Source: Escherichia virus TH06
DNA length: 64,000 nucleotides
Sequence record: MT446386.1
Strand: one strand, 5' to 3'
Shown here: positions 11,326-22,096 of the stretch, one piece after another
Layout: each line of letters begins with the position of its first letter
Position numbering within the stretch: the first letter of the stretch is position 1
Made by a program: the position numbers and the translations under genes
The notes under the pieces: generated by a model
What the model was told of the DNA's origin: nothing
What the model saw: the letters and a program-made list of their open reading frames with translations, nothing else
Databases searched by the model: none

Positions 11326-12378
11326 TTAGTTTGCTCCAAATGCCCCTAAGACACCACCTAAGATATTACTACCTGCTGTGGATAACCAGTTAGACTGACC
11401 TCTCTGTTGAGAAAGATTAGAACCTCCAATCATAGGTCCAGCCATTCCAGATTGCCCACCTGAGTTGTTATAGGAACTCCAAGCATTCTGAGTCTGTTGA
11501 TTAGGAGAGAAAGCACCCATACGACCTGCAATACCTAAACCAGTGATACCAGCACCTAGGAGCTGTTGTCCAGTATTAACACCCGGAGCAGCATTCTTAA
11601 TTGTATACCCAGCCATTGGGCTTACACTATTTAATACATTAAGTTGGTTGTTAAGCTGATTCCACCCATACTGCTGAGAGCCAATAGCGTTCTGCCAATT
11701 AATATCAGCTTGAGCTTGGGCTTGTTGCTGTTGTAGATTACCAGCCATGAGTTGATTCTGGATAGCTTGTTGAGTTGCCTGAACACCTTGAGCACCTAGG
11801 TTGAGATTCTGTCCAGCCAATCCTGACTGAGCACCAAGTAAACCTCTCTGGAAGTTTTGGTCTTGTTGAAGAGCACTGATTCCCATATTCTTGCCACTGA
11901 TAGTACGAGCTAAGTTTGTATTAGCACTGTTCAGAGCAGCACCTTGAGCAGCAGCTCTACGGAGAGAGCCTGAATCAGAACCATTTCCGAGGGATACATT
12001 GGAAGCTGCCTTACTAGTCGCTTGAGCAAGAGCTGAGTTATTCAATCCTTTACTAAAGTTATTAACACCATCAGCAGTTAGACCACCACCATTGACAATA
12101 TTCTGATACTGCTGTGCAAGAGAGTTTAATTGGTCCAACCCTTGCTGTGTACGAGGCGTGTACATATCAGCCAATTGCTTCTGAGTAGTAGAAGCTGCTA
12201 AGTTGTTCAGAGCACCCTGTTGGTTGCCATTAAACCCAGCCAGTTGTTGGGAGATGAATCCCGGATCGTTGTTCTGCATATTCTGAGCATTAGCAACAAT
12301 CTGCTTCAGCAGGGCATCAACCTGAGAGGAAGGGGCCACTGTGGTTTTGCTAGAAGCTGATTTTCCAAATAAAGACAT
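11326..12378 (-). CDS. Gln/Asn/Gly-rich virion protein (paralog of 10345..11313)
   Basis: N-terminus MSLFGKSASSKTT; Q/N/G-rich. Confidence 0.4.
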   Translation of the reverse strand: MSLFGKSASSKTTVAPSSQVDALLKQIVANAQNMQNNDPGFISQQLAGFNGNQQGALNNLAASTTQKQLADMYTPRTQQGLDQLNSLAQQYQNIVNGGGLTADGVNNFSKGLNNSALAQATSKAASNVSLGNGSDSGSLRRAAAQGAALNSANTNLARTISGKNMGISALQQDQNFQRGLLGAQSGLAGQNLNLGAQGVQATQQAIQNQLMAGNLQQQQAQAQADINWQNAIGSQQYGWNQLNNQLNVLNSVSPMAGYTIKNAAPGVNTGQQLLGAGITGLGIAGRMGAFSPNQQTQNAWSSYNNSGGQSGMAGPMIGGSNLSQQRGQSNWLSTAGSNILGGVLGAFGAN

Positions 12379-12397
12379 AAGTCCTCCTTAAAGATTA

Positions 12398-13180
12398 TTA
12401 CTTTACACCAATGCTAGCCAGACGTCTGAGCACTGCTTGTGTTTGTGGACTGTACTGAGAACCTGCTGCATGTGGTGCACTTGCCCTCTGAACTGTTTGA
12501 GAAGTGGGAGGTTTACCAGCAAGCATAGCAGCTACCCCTAATACTGCATTACCAAAGTTCTGTTGAGGTTTCTGATTTTCGCCTTCCTGCACTTCATCAG
12601 AGTAAAACTCTACTGGATTTCCACCTAAAGCACCTGTCTTAGAAGCAGCAATCTCTGCCTGAGTTGGAGCTTGTGCGGCCTTCTCTCTATCTAACAAGTC
12701 AGGACTAAACTGATTGACTGGTTGAACAGCTTGCAAAGCTCCAACAGGGTTAGCAATCTGAGAAGCTGCATCACCATAGAAAGGAAGAAAGTGTTTGTTG
12801 TTCATTGAGTCAAGGGCTTGAGGTGTAAATCCCTTTTTACCAGCGAACATTTGCTTAGCACCACCGATACCTTCTGAGTAACCAACCATTGCTTTCTTAA
12901 CATCACCATTAAAAGCCTTTAAGTTATCTCTAATATAACGAGCACCCATATCAATATTCTTTGCTGGGTCAAGTCTGTCTTCTAGTTTGTAACCGTAATC
13001 TTTAGCCAACCCTTTACTAATCTGCATTAAACCTACAGGACCAGTTCCAGAAGCCACTGTAGGACGACCACTAGACTCTCTTTGGATTACAGCATGAATC
13101 AAAGCAGCAGGAATCCCATACTTCTTTGAAGCCTGTTGAACCATTGGGTCTAGTTCTTCAATACCCATTCTAATTGACAT
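12398..13180 (-). CDS. SLT-domain lytic transglycosylase (virion-associated)
   Basis: VIQRESSGRPT and GLMQISKGLAKDYGY motifs typical of soluble lytic transglycosylases. Confidence 0.6.
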   Translation of the reverse strand: MSIRMGIEELDPMVQQASKKYGIPAALIHAVIQRESSGRPTVASGTGPVGLMQISKGLAKDYGYKLEDRLDPAKNIDMGARYIRDNLKAFNGDVKKAMVGYSEGIGGAKQMFAGKKGFTPQALDSMNNKHFLPFYGDAASQIANPVGALQAVQPVNQFSPDLLDREKAAQAPTQAEIAASKTGALGGNPVEFYSDEVQEGENQKPQQNFGNAVLGVAAMLAGKPPTSQTVQRASAPHAAGSQYSPQTQAVLRRLASIGVK

Positions 13181-13189
13181 AATAACTCC

Positions 13190-14224
13190 TTATTGTATAC
13201 TCCTGAATATTTTCCTAGCATCTAATATCGGAATGCTTAATCCGAGAGCACCACCCCCTCCTAAATCGTATTGGTCACTCCAAGAGTAAATCATCCTACC
13301 GAAACCTGTGCTGAAAGAAGAGCCATTCATCATGTGAGATCTTGTGTGTTGAAAATACCAACCACTAGTCCTGCCTCTTATTGCTCCGGCTCCGTAAGAT
13401 AGTGGTATCATTGGATAGGCCAGAGATGTGTTACCACCACTCATAGGCATAAATCCCTCAACACTAAAAGGGGTTCTATATGTAGAAAATACACACTGAT
13501 ACCCATTTGGAGAAAAGATATTTAAACCTCCATTATGAGTCGGTACTCCAGAACCATCACAGAAGACGGCAATTCTAACACCGCCAATGGATCCTGTTTG
13601 GTTTGTGTTACCATTATCATGAGACCTGTTCTGGTACACATAAACAACCCTATTGGATGGATTGTATAGAAGCCCTGCTCCTCCGTTACTCCAATTTGCG
13701 TAGACAGTTGCTCGGCTCATATCAAAACCACCAATATCTGGTATTTGAAGAGAACCATTTATGTCACCTTCCCAAGCCCAAATACATTGACCAACAACTC
13801 CAGAATCAGAGATTGAGAAATAGTCAGCAGAGTTGGAGAATGTGATTCCATAGTTCCTATTAGCTCTAGGCCATATTTGATACACATTAAAAGCCATATC
13901 AAATATCCAACCGTTTACGTTATAGTCCATAGTAACTCTGAAGGTTGAGTTATTAATAACAGATATGTCAGTTATCCAATATACATCAGATGTTAAATTG
14001 GGAGGTATGTATCTCTCCCAAACAACAGACCCTGTTGGAACTATAACTATCTGACCACTACCATCCCAACCACTTATAGGCAAGTCACAGGTATTTCCAC
14101 TAAAAGAGAAATTCCCACTGACCCTATTTCTGAGTTGAGGGAATGTGCTACCACTATCAATATAAATATCAGCAGGGGCCGCTGGACCCGGACCAACCGG
14201 GCGTGTCCATATTCCATATGCCAT
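13190..14224 (-). CDS. tail / structural protein
   Basis: ORF in tail module; no specific motif recognised. Confidence 0.35.
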   Translation of the reverse strand: MAYGIWTRPVGPGPAAPADIYIDSGSTFPQLRNRVSGNFSFSGNTCDLPISGWDGSGQIVIVPTGSVVWERYIPPNLTSDVYWITDISVINNSTFRVTMDYNVNGWIFDMAFNVYQIWPRANRNYGITFSNSADYFSISDSGVVGQCIWAWEGDINGSLQIPDIGGFDMSRATVYANWSNGGAGLLYNPSNRVVYVYQNRSHDNGNTNQTGSIGGVRIAVFCDGSGVPTHNGGLNIFSPNGYQCVFSTYRTPFSVEGFMPMSGGNTSLAYPMIPLSYGAGAIRGRTSGWYFQHTRSHMMNGSSFSTGFGRMIYSWSDQYDLGGGGALGLSIPILDARKIFRSIQ

Positions 14225-14225
14225 G

Positions 14226-15260
14226 TTACCAACTCCCTATTCTTATGCGAAGAGTTCCACTCCCATCATAAAAATCTATTCTATTACCATTCATCCACAA
14301 CTGAGAACCACCTGTACCACCCATAACAAAATCACCACCAACAGTAAGTCTCCAGTTAGAACCCCACATAGAGCCAGCAGTAATCTTATCCGCTGACAAG
14401 TTCTGAATCTGAGCATTGGAGATGGATACGTTATCGATCTGTGCCCATTGGATTCTAGCGTTAGCAATCTGAGCTGTTGTGATATTGACATTCTTTATAT
14501 CAGCAAATTCCATCCTAGCTCGCCCACCCTCAAACACGAAGGGAGTATTCCCAGAGCTACCATCACCAACAATAAATTTGTTAGCTGTTACTTGGAATTG
14601 ACTGTTTGTACCATTATTAGTTAACTTGACCCCAGCATATCTTCCGTTGACTGTAGAGTTAATACCCCACGTAGCTTCATACTCAGAGAGTTTCATATAC
14701 TGAGAAAGGCTTCCGTTGATATTTTGTAGTTCTGTCTGAACAAGAGCAATCTCTTGACCTTGATCGTTAACAATACCTTCTACTGTCTGAATTTTAGTTG
14801 TGTTACCTTCGATGCTGGTCTTAAAACCAGATACAGTGCTTTCTAGCTTCACAGGGGGTTGAACAGAATTATCCCAAATGTCCTCAGTGGACAGGTTCCC
14901 CATCTGGGTTTGGATATCTGCAATAGCTGTTTCTATCTCTGTAGTAATTCTATTCTCAAGCTCATCAAATTGTAGATTCATTGCATTAAGAGCTTTAATA
15001 CGAACATCAATCTCTTCGTGAATTTCATCTATAGCTTGGAACATTTGGTTAGTAGCTGTGCTAACTTTTTGTAATTCATCATACACGGCTACGTTATATG
15101 TTTCTGTGTCCTGTACATTATTGAGAAACCCAACGTTGTACGGGAGTGTGGTGTTATTGCGACCAGTGTTCTTACGAAAACCACCTGCACCCATAAGTTC
15201 CTCCAAAACAATAAAAGGGGCACGAAGCCCCTTGTTGTTATCTCCGCCCGCCAACAGCAA
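14226..15260 (-). CDS. tail fibre protein
   Basis: C-terminal repeat ANARIQWAQIDNVSISNAQIQNLSADKITAG resembling phage tail-fibre repeats. Confidence 0.45.
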   Translation of the reverse strand: MLLAGGDNNKGLRAPFIVLEELMGAGGFRKNTGRNNTTLPYNVGFLNNVQDTETYNVAVYDELQKVSTATNQMFQAIDEIHEEIDVRIKALNAMNLQFDELENRITTEIETAIADIQTQMGNLSTEDIWDNSVQPPVKLESTVSGFKTSIEGNTTKIQTVEGIVNDQGQEIALVQTELQNINGSLSQYMKLSEYEATWGINSTVNGRYAGVKLTNNGTNSQFQVTANKFIVGDGSSGNTPFVFEGGRARMEFADIKNVNITTAQIANARIQWAQIDNVSISNAQIQNLSADKITAGSMWGSNWRLTVGGDFVMGGTGGSQLWMNGNRIDFYDGSGTLRIRIGSW

Positions 15261-18255
15261 ACTCTATCGTTAAACCATTGATAGCAGCATTACTGTTAAC
15301 ATCATTATCTATAACATTATAGAAAAGGTATGGATGGTTCAGCCTCACAGAGACATGCCTGTCAACACCAATTGTATAAGTCTTCGATGTGTGTGGGTGT
15401 CCGTATTCATTTGAGAATTGACTACCACCAGCTTCAAATATGTAAGTACCTGAACCGGTTGTCTGAGGCCGGAACCTGTTAATATGCTTCTGATTCCACT
15501 CATTAGTCACATTATCAAAATCTATACCAGTCCTCTCCAACCTCATTTCCAGAGGCTTCTCTATAACAACATCATTTAGCCTGTCATAGAAATAATCAAG
15601 AGCACCTACATCCACTTGATAGAATCCCTTCAAGAATGAACCTACTATCGTAACCCTCTGTCTAAAGTTTGTTGCATCCTTTCTCCAAACGAGTTCTTTA
15701 ATAGATGGGTCATCCCAAGTGATTTCTTGGAAGTCAGACCAGATTGGACCTCTTTCTAAAACAGGAGGATCAACCAGACCAATACACTGAGCATATGGTA
15801 TAGTACGGAAAGACCAAGTATCAAACTCGTAGTTCCATACAGCAGCTTTAGTACAAGCGAAGCTTTCTTTTGGCTCCCCCGGTCCTACATAGAGAACCCA
15901 AACTTCTTTCTTATCCTGATGCAAGTGCACTCGAGTTGCTAGAGGGTTAACCAGACACACCTCGTTAATCAGCATATTCTTGACACGGTTAGATGCAATT
16001 GACTTCTTGGTTGCACCATTATGCAAGATTACATCATTCTGAGTAACTACGAAATGACTACCTTCTACTTCAACCACGCACTCAGGAGCAAGGATACCAG
16101 AGTCGTTAAAGAGCTTCTTGAACATTAGAGGTTGGTACGTGTTATTAGTCGGAGAACCAATATACGTTTCAAACTCTGTATAAACGAACAAGTAATCTTT
16201 AAGAGGTAGGATATCAATCAAGCTACCATTAGAATCTGCTAGATCAATATAACCAGCATACCCATTCTCTAGAGCCTGAGTCTGACCTACGATGTTAGAA
16301 GCTAAGTCCGAAGACACAACTCGATCATAGGCAAAGTCATCCCACAGTGTAGGAGCCTTGTTCTCATTGGCAAAGTTAGACCAACGAAGACGAAGCGGAT
16401 AGTTAGTGGTAACACCAGAAGCATTAGCTTCTCTCATATTCAGAGCAAAAAGACGGTTGTTAAAAGATCTCACTCTCTCACATTTCCAGTTAAACTTCTT
16501 GACTGAAGGGTTTCCATCATTATCCACAACTGTTTGCTCACCCCATCCCGGAAGATCTACAAAGTATTCTGATTCGAATTCTTTTACCTGAGGAGTTTCA
16601 TAGTGAGTTGTAGCAACTGCACAGTTAGAGATAACAGCATGATACCAAGGATAGTCATCAAAAGCATCGTAATCTTTTTGAGTCATCTGACTAACAGTAC
16701 AAGTTACGTTAATCTCTCCTTTACGAAGAGCAACCAGTTTGATAGATTTACCAGTAACTGAGGTTGTAGAAACATAACCAGTCTTATCAACAGACCACTG
16801 ATAGGAGTACTCACCTTCCGGAGAAGCTGTGGCTGTAACAACAATCTCTTCACCAACATCAAGAGAAGCGCTGACAATATCTAAGGTGACAGATGACAAA
16901 GGAGTTGCGAGTAAAGAAGCTCTTGCAAAACCTTCAATGTCATTCACGTTAGAGTAGTCGTAGAAGTTGTTACCTTCATACATCCCTGACGTATCAATAC
17001 CGGATGTAGGCTCAGCAAAATAAACCGTCTCTTCACTTTCAGGAGGAGTTACTACTTCTTCCTCTTGAGTTTCTACTGACTCTGACACAGGAGCGGCAAA
17101 TGCCATAGCACTTGTTCTCATTGTCCTTCCAGCTAAATCCACACGTACAATACAGACAGCAACTCTGTTACCTTCTTCAGTGGTAGCTGTAATCTCAGTA
17201 AAACCAGCAAGTAGAGCGTTGATCGTCCCTTGTGTACTAGTCCCTGATACTGTTGCAATATTTGGATTAGAAGAGGTCCAAGTAATATTTTGATTAGGGG
17301 CGTTAGCAGGAGAAAGGGTAGCAGTTAAGATGTACTGAGAACCTCTACTCACAGTAACATCTGACTGGCTTAAAGAGATACTATCAATCTGAGGGATAGA
17401 AACAATCTCACAAGAAGCAGTCTTAGTCCCGTTATCAGCAGTGATTGTTACATTACCTTCTCCATTCGCTGTAATGACAGCAGTTAAAGAGTTGGCGTTA
17501 GGGGTTACGGATACAATAGAAGCGTTACTGCTGGACCAAGTTACAGGAGTCTTGCCAGTAACAGCCGTGAGAGTAGTAGTCCCTCCCTTACGAATTGTAA
17601 CAGTATCTTGACTCAAGAAGATGCCTGAATCACCATCTATGATATTAACAGCAATCTGAGCCACTACGGATTCATTGGCAGTAGAGATAGTTACTACAAG
17701 ATTACCCTCTTTCTCAAAAGATGTTAGAGTAGCAAGTTTAGAGTCACTAGGGTCTACTGTAATACTTCCATAAGATGAGTTACTAACCTCCCAAACAAGA
17801 TCAGTATTGTTGGCATCAGCAGGAAGAAGAGAAACCTCTAGATTCTTGGTCTGATTGAAGTTCATTGAGATGGTTGATTCTTTAGGAACAATCTGAGAAA
17901 CAACCGGATAAATCTTAATTGAGGCAGAAGCCTTTTTAGTGACTGTAGCAACCTTACGGCTAATATCAGTCAAGCTTTCATCTGTCAGTTTATATAACTT
18001 CTTATCCGTACCTACAACAAGAAAGCTATTACCTGCGCTATAATAATCGAAAGGCATAGAAATGAAAGACAGAGGGGTTAAATCCTTATCTTCATCTACA
18101 TAAGAAAGAGGGGCATTGCCCCCCGTCTTAAATACTCTCTGCTCAACAAACCGAGCATTTATAGCATTAGTGAAAGCATTAGGAGCTAAGTCTGTCGGAG
18201 CCTGATCAGCGATAACGCCTACAGCACCTAATGACTTTATTGGATACAGCGCCAT
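15238..18255 (-). CDS. large tail protein with Ig-like (Big_2-type) repeats
   Basis: 1005 aa; several Thr/Ser-rich beta-strand repeats resembling bacterial Ig-like domains. Confidence 0.45.
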   Translation of the reverse strand: MALYPIKSLGAVGVIADQAPTDLAPNAFTNAINARFVEQRVFKTGGNAPLSYVDEDKDLTPLSFISMPFDYYSAGNSFLVVGTDKKLYKLTDESLTDISRKVATVTKKASASIKIYPVVSQIVPKESTISMNFNQTKNLEVSLLPADANNTDLVWEVSNSSYGSITVDPSDSKLATLTSFEKEGNLVVTISTANESVVAQIAVNIIDGDSGIFLSQDTVTIRKGGTTTLTAVTGKTPVTWSSSNASIVSVTPNANSLTAVITANGEGNVTITADNGTKTASCEIVSIPQIDSISLSQSDVTVSRGSQYILTATLSPANAPNQNITWTSSNPNIATVSGTSTQGTINALLAGFTEITATTEEGNRVAVCIVRVDLAGRTMRTSAMAFAAPVSESVETQEEEVVTPPESEETVYFAEPTSGIDTSGMYEGNNFYDYSNVNDIEGFARASLLATPLSSVTLDIVSASLDVGEEIVVTATASPEGEYSYQWSVDKTGYVSTTSVTGKSIKLVALRKGEINVTCTVSQMTQKDYDAFDDYPWYHAVISNCAVATTHYETPQVKEFESEYFVDLPGWGEQTVVDNDGNPSVKKFNWKCERVRSFNNRLFALNMREANASGVTTNYPLRLRWSNFANENKAPTLWDDFAYDRVVSSDLASNIVGQTQALENGYAGYIDLADSNGSLIDILPLKDYLFVYTEFETYIGSPTNNTYQPLMFKKLFNDSGILAPECVVEVEGSHFVVTQNDVILHNGATKKSIASNRVKNMLINEVCLVNPLATRVHLHQDKKEVWVLYVGPGEPKESFACTKAAVWNYEFDTWSFRTIPYAQCIGLVDPPVLERGPIWSDFQEITWDDPSIKELVWRKDATNFRQRVTIVGSFLKGFYQVDVGALDYFYDRLNDVVIEKPLEMRLERTGIDFDNVTNEWNQKHINRFRPQTTGSGTYIFEAGGSQFSNEYGHPHTSKTYTIGVDRHVSVRLNHPYLFYNVIDNDVNSNAAINGLTIEFAVGGRR

Positions 18256-18264
18256 AATTCCTCC

Positions 18265-19068
18265 TTAGCTAATACGTCTCCAAATGTGAGCTGCTCTGAA
18301 TGGTGGCAAAGTGTTAATAGGTTGACGAGAGATATCATCACGACCAAGACTTACACTACCAGAGATTGTATGAGTATGCGTGTCGTTATCAGTTCTCTGA
18401 CTGTAACCACCACCCGGACTATACCAGTTTGGTGAGCTGTTATGACCACTAGCATCTCCACGACCAAATACCATATTGTGACTGTGGGTGTTACTGGATA
18501 AGGAGAAGCTGGAGCCATTAACTGTCATCAAAGGTACGTTCTCTGTTCGAATGGTATTGAAGACACGACCACCAGTACCACCTGCTTGGAACTCAACTCT
18601 CTGAGCATTAGGGACAGAGCCATCAGGGTTTACTACACCAGTACCCATAATGACACCAGTCACTTTAGCCCAAGAACCAAACCCTAAGGAGATAGAATCA
18701 CCGGGGTTAATATCTTCTTCAGTGATGTAGTAAGAGCCAATTCGATAGAGCTTATTCTCCATCCAGTTCTTCATGAACGCTTCCATCTGACCTTTAGTGA
18801 CAACGTCCTTGTCACCAGTTCCCGGAGTAACGTTCTTGATCATAAGACCACCAACATCCATTGCATCACCAGTAAACTTGAGCTTCTCTGACATAATCTT
18901 AAAGGTGTCAGAATCAATATCAACTGGCTCTGTGACATTGGGGAATGTGTTCTGTAGTGTTTGTTTAATGAGGCGGATTTGAGCCGCCCCTTCGTAGATG
19001 TAATCCCTGTCTCTAGGATAGAGTGGGTTTAAATCGGTAATAACTACCGCATTAGTTTCGATAGCCAA
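18265..19068 (-). CDS. tail / structural protein
   Basis: ORF in tail module; Gly/Ser-rich C-terminus. Confidence 0.35.
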   Translation of the reverse strand: MAIETNAVVITDLNPLYPRDRDYIYEGAAQIRLIKQTLQNTFPNVTEPVDIDSDTFKIMSEKLKFTGDAMDVGGLMIKNVTPGTGDKDVVTKGQMEAFMKNWMENKLYRIGSYYITEEDINPGDSISLGFGSWAKVTGVIMGTGVVNPDGSVPNAQRVEFQAGGTGGRVFNTIRTENVPLMTVNGSSFSLSSNTHSHNMVFGRGDASGHNSSPNWYSPGGGYSQRTDNDTHTHTISGSVSLGRDDISRQPINTLPPFRAAHIWRRIS

Positions 19069-19080
19069 AAGGCACCTCCA

Positions 19081-19572
19081 TTAATATTTACCTTCGGTGT
19101 AAAGATTAGCTTCTGCAACTCTTCTATTATGAAGACCCTGACTTCTCTGCTTCTCTCCCTTGACCGTTATTTTATCCCAACGAAGAAATTCGGAATAAAC
19201 ATCCCCCTTAACATCTCCATTGATTACTTTCCTTAACTTAGATGTGCTCAAAGCACCACTGCCAACGTTGAAGTTGAAAGAAGTGAGTGCATCAAACTCA
19301 TGAACTAGTAAAGGAACCTTTATGTTCTTCTGAGTAGCACGAACAGAGTCTTGTGTGTCTCTATCTAGCAGAGCTAGACAATCCTCTATAGAATACGTTA
19401 ATCCTTGTCTAACCGGATAACCATTCATATCGCGCGTAGCCCCTACACATATAGTCCAGATACCTGCGGAATCTTTATAAGCCTTGGTTCTCATACCCTC
19501 ATGCTTCATGATGAATTCCATTCCAGCTGGGCTTAAGTTTAGTTGTACAGGTGGCAATGCGGCGTTATCCAT
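19081..19572 (-). CDS. GH24 (T4-type) lysozyme / endolysin
   Basis: N-terminal EFIMKHEGMRTKAYKDSAGIWTICVGAT matches the T4 lysozyme family catalytic region. Confidence 0.65.
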   Translation of the reverse strand: MDNAALPPVQLNLSPAGMEFIMKHEGMRTKAYKDSAGIWTICVGATRDMNGYPVRQGLTYSIEDCLALLDRDTQDSVRATQKNIKVPLLVHEFDALTSFNFNVGSGALSTSKLRKVINGDVKGDVYSEFLRWDKITVKGEKQRSQGLHNRRVAEANLYTEGKY

Positions 19573-19601
19573 TTCTAACCTCCTTTTGTGGTCCCTTTAA
19601 A

Positions 19602-19820
19602 TTAAGGTAGTATCTTTCTCAGAGCGTTAGATTCAGCATCAGGACAAATAACAACTAGATTATTTTGAATGGTTCGCTGCTTACATTGAGAACTAAGTTT
19701 CTCTACTGGAGCAGGTGCTGTAACTAATGGATGAACTGCGCTTACAGGGATTGCAGTAGATACCACGACTCCTGCACCTAAACAAACTAAACCATATACA
19801 GCTTGTTTCATCATTTTCAT
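19602..19820 (-). CDS. small membrane/secreted protein next to lysozyme (possible lysis protein)
   Basis: N-terminal hydrophobic segment AVYGLVCLGAGVVVSTAIPVSA; lies immediately upstream of the lysozyme. Confidence 0.3.
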   Translation of the reverse strand: MKMMKQAVYGLVCLGAGVVVSTAIPVSAVHPLVTAPAPVEKLSSQCKQRTIQNNLVVICPDAESNALRKILP

Positions 19821-19891
19821 TTGAGTGTCTCCTATAAATTAACCTCTTGGGATATATTAGTTTCATTACTTACTAAGGGTACTTACTACTA

Positions 19892-19909
19892 AAGCCCCCG
19901 AAGGGGCTT
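19892..19909 (-). terminator. hairpin downstream of tail-fibre gene
   Basis: AAGCCCC-CGAA-GGGGCTT hairpin just after the stop of 19913..22081. Confidence 0.4.
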
Positions 19910-19912
19910 ATC

Positions 19913-22081
19913 TTACTTCTCTGCTAACTTAGCTTCTAGAACTTCAATACGTTTCAACAGGTCTTGAACAACTTGCATGGTGTCGAGGAGCATTGGAGCT
20001 GAGTCTAGCTCTTTCTGTTCTTGTTCTACACCGTCGTTGTCATGGAACTTACGAGTCTTAACATAAAGAGGTTCTACCTTTTCTGCTTGCTGTGCGATAA
20101 TACCACGACGAGTTCTTCCTTGTTCGTCATTGTTGTACACGAATGATTTGAAGTCCAAACCTTTAATCGCACGAATTGCTTCATCAGGCGAGAGATCTTG
20201 AATGTTGTGTTTCAACCTTTCATCTGACACAGGATTCATAGCAAGAGTATAAGTTCCGGTTGAACTTGGCTGCCAAGTGTAGTAGTAAATCTCGTTCCTG
20301 TTTGGTCGGAGAGTTAAACGACAACCATATTTGTTGTCTTCATCTCCCGAAACATGCCAACAGGAATCAGCAAAAGATCCAGCATCATTGTGAATCATCC
20401 CTACATGGGTAGTAGTTTTGTATCCACCTTGGGATGCTTGGGAAGCACTCAGTATAGAGTTAAAAGAGTAGTTAGCACCAACCCCTTGGTTGTCTATAGA
20501 AAACGTCCCTCTGCGACTTCCTGTTTCACTCCAAGACATCAATGTTCTAGACCGAGCAACATATCTATCAGAGTTCAGGGTTCCAGAATCGTCAAAAGCT
20601 AATTGCTTGGTAACTCCTTTGGTTTTATTATAAACATTGATAATCCCATAATAAGCTCCGTCGATATAAGCATCAGTTTGGAGCGTAGTAGAGGCTTCTA
20701 CTTCTGAACCTATTTTATATTCAGAAACAACTGAACCGCTAGTTACCCTAGTTCCACCAGCAGGACGGTTTGCATCACTGTTAATAACTGACCAAGAGGT
20801 GTTAGCAGCAGTAAAACCACCATGCGCACGAATAGTCCAAACACCTACAAAGTTACGGGTCAGAATCTCCTCAGTGGAGCGACCATAAATAGGACTGGAA
20901 CGCGATGCGTCAAAGTTTGTGGATATGTATTTACCTCCAGTCCCCACTGGAGCCACATCGTCTGTAGAGGTGATTGATTGAATTGCCCCGTCAGTCGCCA
21001 CCTGCCCAGGAGCGGAGGCTAGTGTTACCATTGTGTGAGGGGACGCATATGTGATGTTCGGTGCAGCAGAATCAAACACTTGACCGTTTGCAGCAGAATT
21101 ACCACCATCACCACGGCCATATAAAGCTCTCAGTGACCCCTCTTGGATGCCATTTCGGTCAGGAACACGGAAAGTTGTTGTACCGTTTCCGGTAGAATAC
21201 CTACCCCTCTGATAGATATTAGACAACCAAAGAGAGTCTTCAATTGGGGATAGCAGTTGTGCATAAGCCCATAAATCTGGGTAGTCAGCACGATTCAAAA
21301 GCTGCCCATCCGACACAACCTCAAAAGCTGGGATGAAAGCTCGACTATCACGTAAGTGGAAATCACCAATACCAAAGTTAGAAATACCACTCATGGTAGG
21401 ACCACCAGAACCACCACCACTATTTCGGAGCTGTCTCAGTGTAACCGCATCATAATCTCCAACTGCATCAGGAACAGTAACGGGTTGAGTGAAGGTTACC
21501 TTCTGGGTAAGTTGTTTGATATCAGAGTTAATCCCTGTACGAGTAACACCAATAGTCCGACCTTTGGAATCTTTGACATAAGAACCAATTGCAGCAAAAG
21601 GCAAATCCTCAATCTCTGGACGATACCGTTTAGAATAGACCGGATATTTAGTTTCTACTCCAGAGTCGTTCTGGTCTACTACTTGAAGACGACCAGCAGA
21701 ATGAATCTCTACACCTTGAACTGAAGAGGCATAGCTACCAATCTTGATTGAGTTATCGGGAGTAACCTTCATCATATCCACAGACTCTACACCATTAGCA
21801 CCAGTAGATCGGAAAGGTGTATCATTCACAACCCAAGGGTCTGCTCTGAATAAAGCACCAGACATAAGAGGTTGAATTGAATCTAACACGTAGTCCTTAG
21901 ATGCACCTTCTGTTTTAGTTTGGTATGTAGCAGCTGCATCGGTTTTCTGTAAGTACTTATCAGTCAGATTCACAGCCCCTGCCTGACCATCTACTGTAGA
22001 AACACCAACAACTGCCGCATCTCTGGTCACAACTACGTGGGGCATCATTATGCCAGATTTGGGCATTAATTCTCTAGACAT
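19913..22081 (-). CDS. tail fibre/spike with C-terminal intramolecular chaperone (S74-like) domain
   Basis: C-terminus DERLKHNIQDLSPDEAIRAIKGLDFKSFVY resembles the autoproteolytic chaperone domain of phage fibres. Confidence 0.55.
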   Translation of the reverse strand: MSRELMPKSGIMMPHVVVTRDAAVVGVSTVDGQAGAVNLTDKYLQKTDAAATYQTKTEGASKDYVLDSIQPLMSGALFRADPWVVNDTPFRSTGANGVESVDMMKVTPDNSIKIGSYASSVQGVEIHSAGRLQVVDQNDSGVETKYPVYSKRYRPEIEDLPFAAIGSYVKDSKGRTIGVTRTGINSDIKQLTQKVTFTQPVTVPDAVGDYDAVTLRQLRNSGGGSGGPTMSGISNFGIGDFHLRDSRAFIPAFEVVSDGQLLNRADYPDLWAYAQLLSPIEDSLWLSNIYQRGRYSTGNGTTTFRVPDRNGIQEGSLRALYGRGDGGNSAANGQVFDSAAPNITYASPHTMVTLASAPGQVATDGAIQSITSTDDVAPVGTGGKYISTNFDASRSSPIYGRSTEEILTRNFVGVWTIRAHGGFTAANTSWSVINSDANRPAGGTRVTSGSVVSEYKIGSEVEASTTLQTDAYIDGAYYGIINVYNKTKGVTKQLAFDDSGTLNSDRYVARSRTLMSWSETGSRRGTFSIDNQGVGANYSFNSILSASQASQGGYKTTTHVGMIHNDAGSFADSCWHVSGDEDNKYGCRLTLRPNRNEIYYYTWQPSSTGTYTLAMNPVSDERLKHNIQDLSPDEAIRAIKGLDFKSFVYNNDEQGRTRRGIIAQQAEKVEPLYVKTRKFHDNDGVEQEQKELDSAPMLLDTMQVVQDLLKRIEVLEAKLAEK

Positions 22082-22096
22082 TTATTTCTCCTTAAA

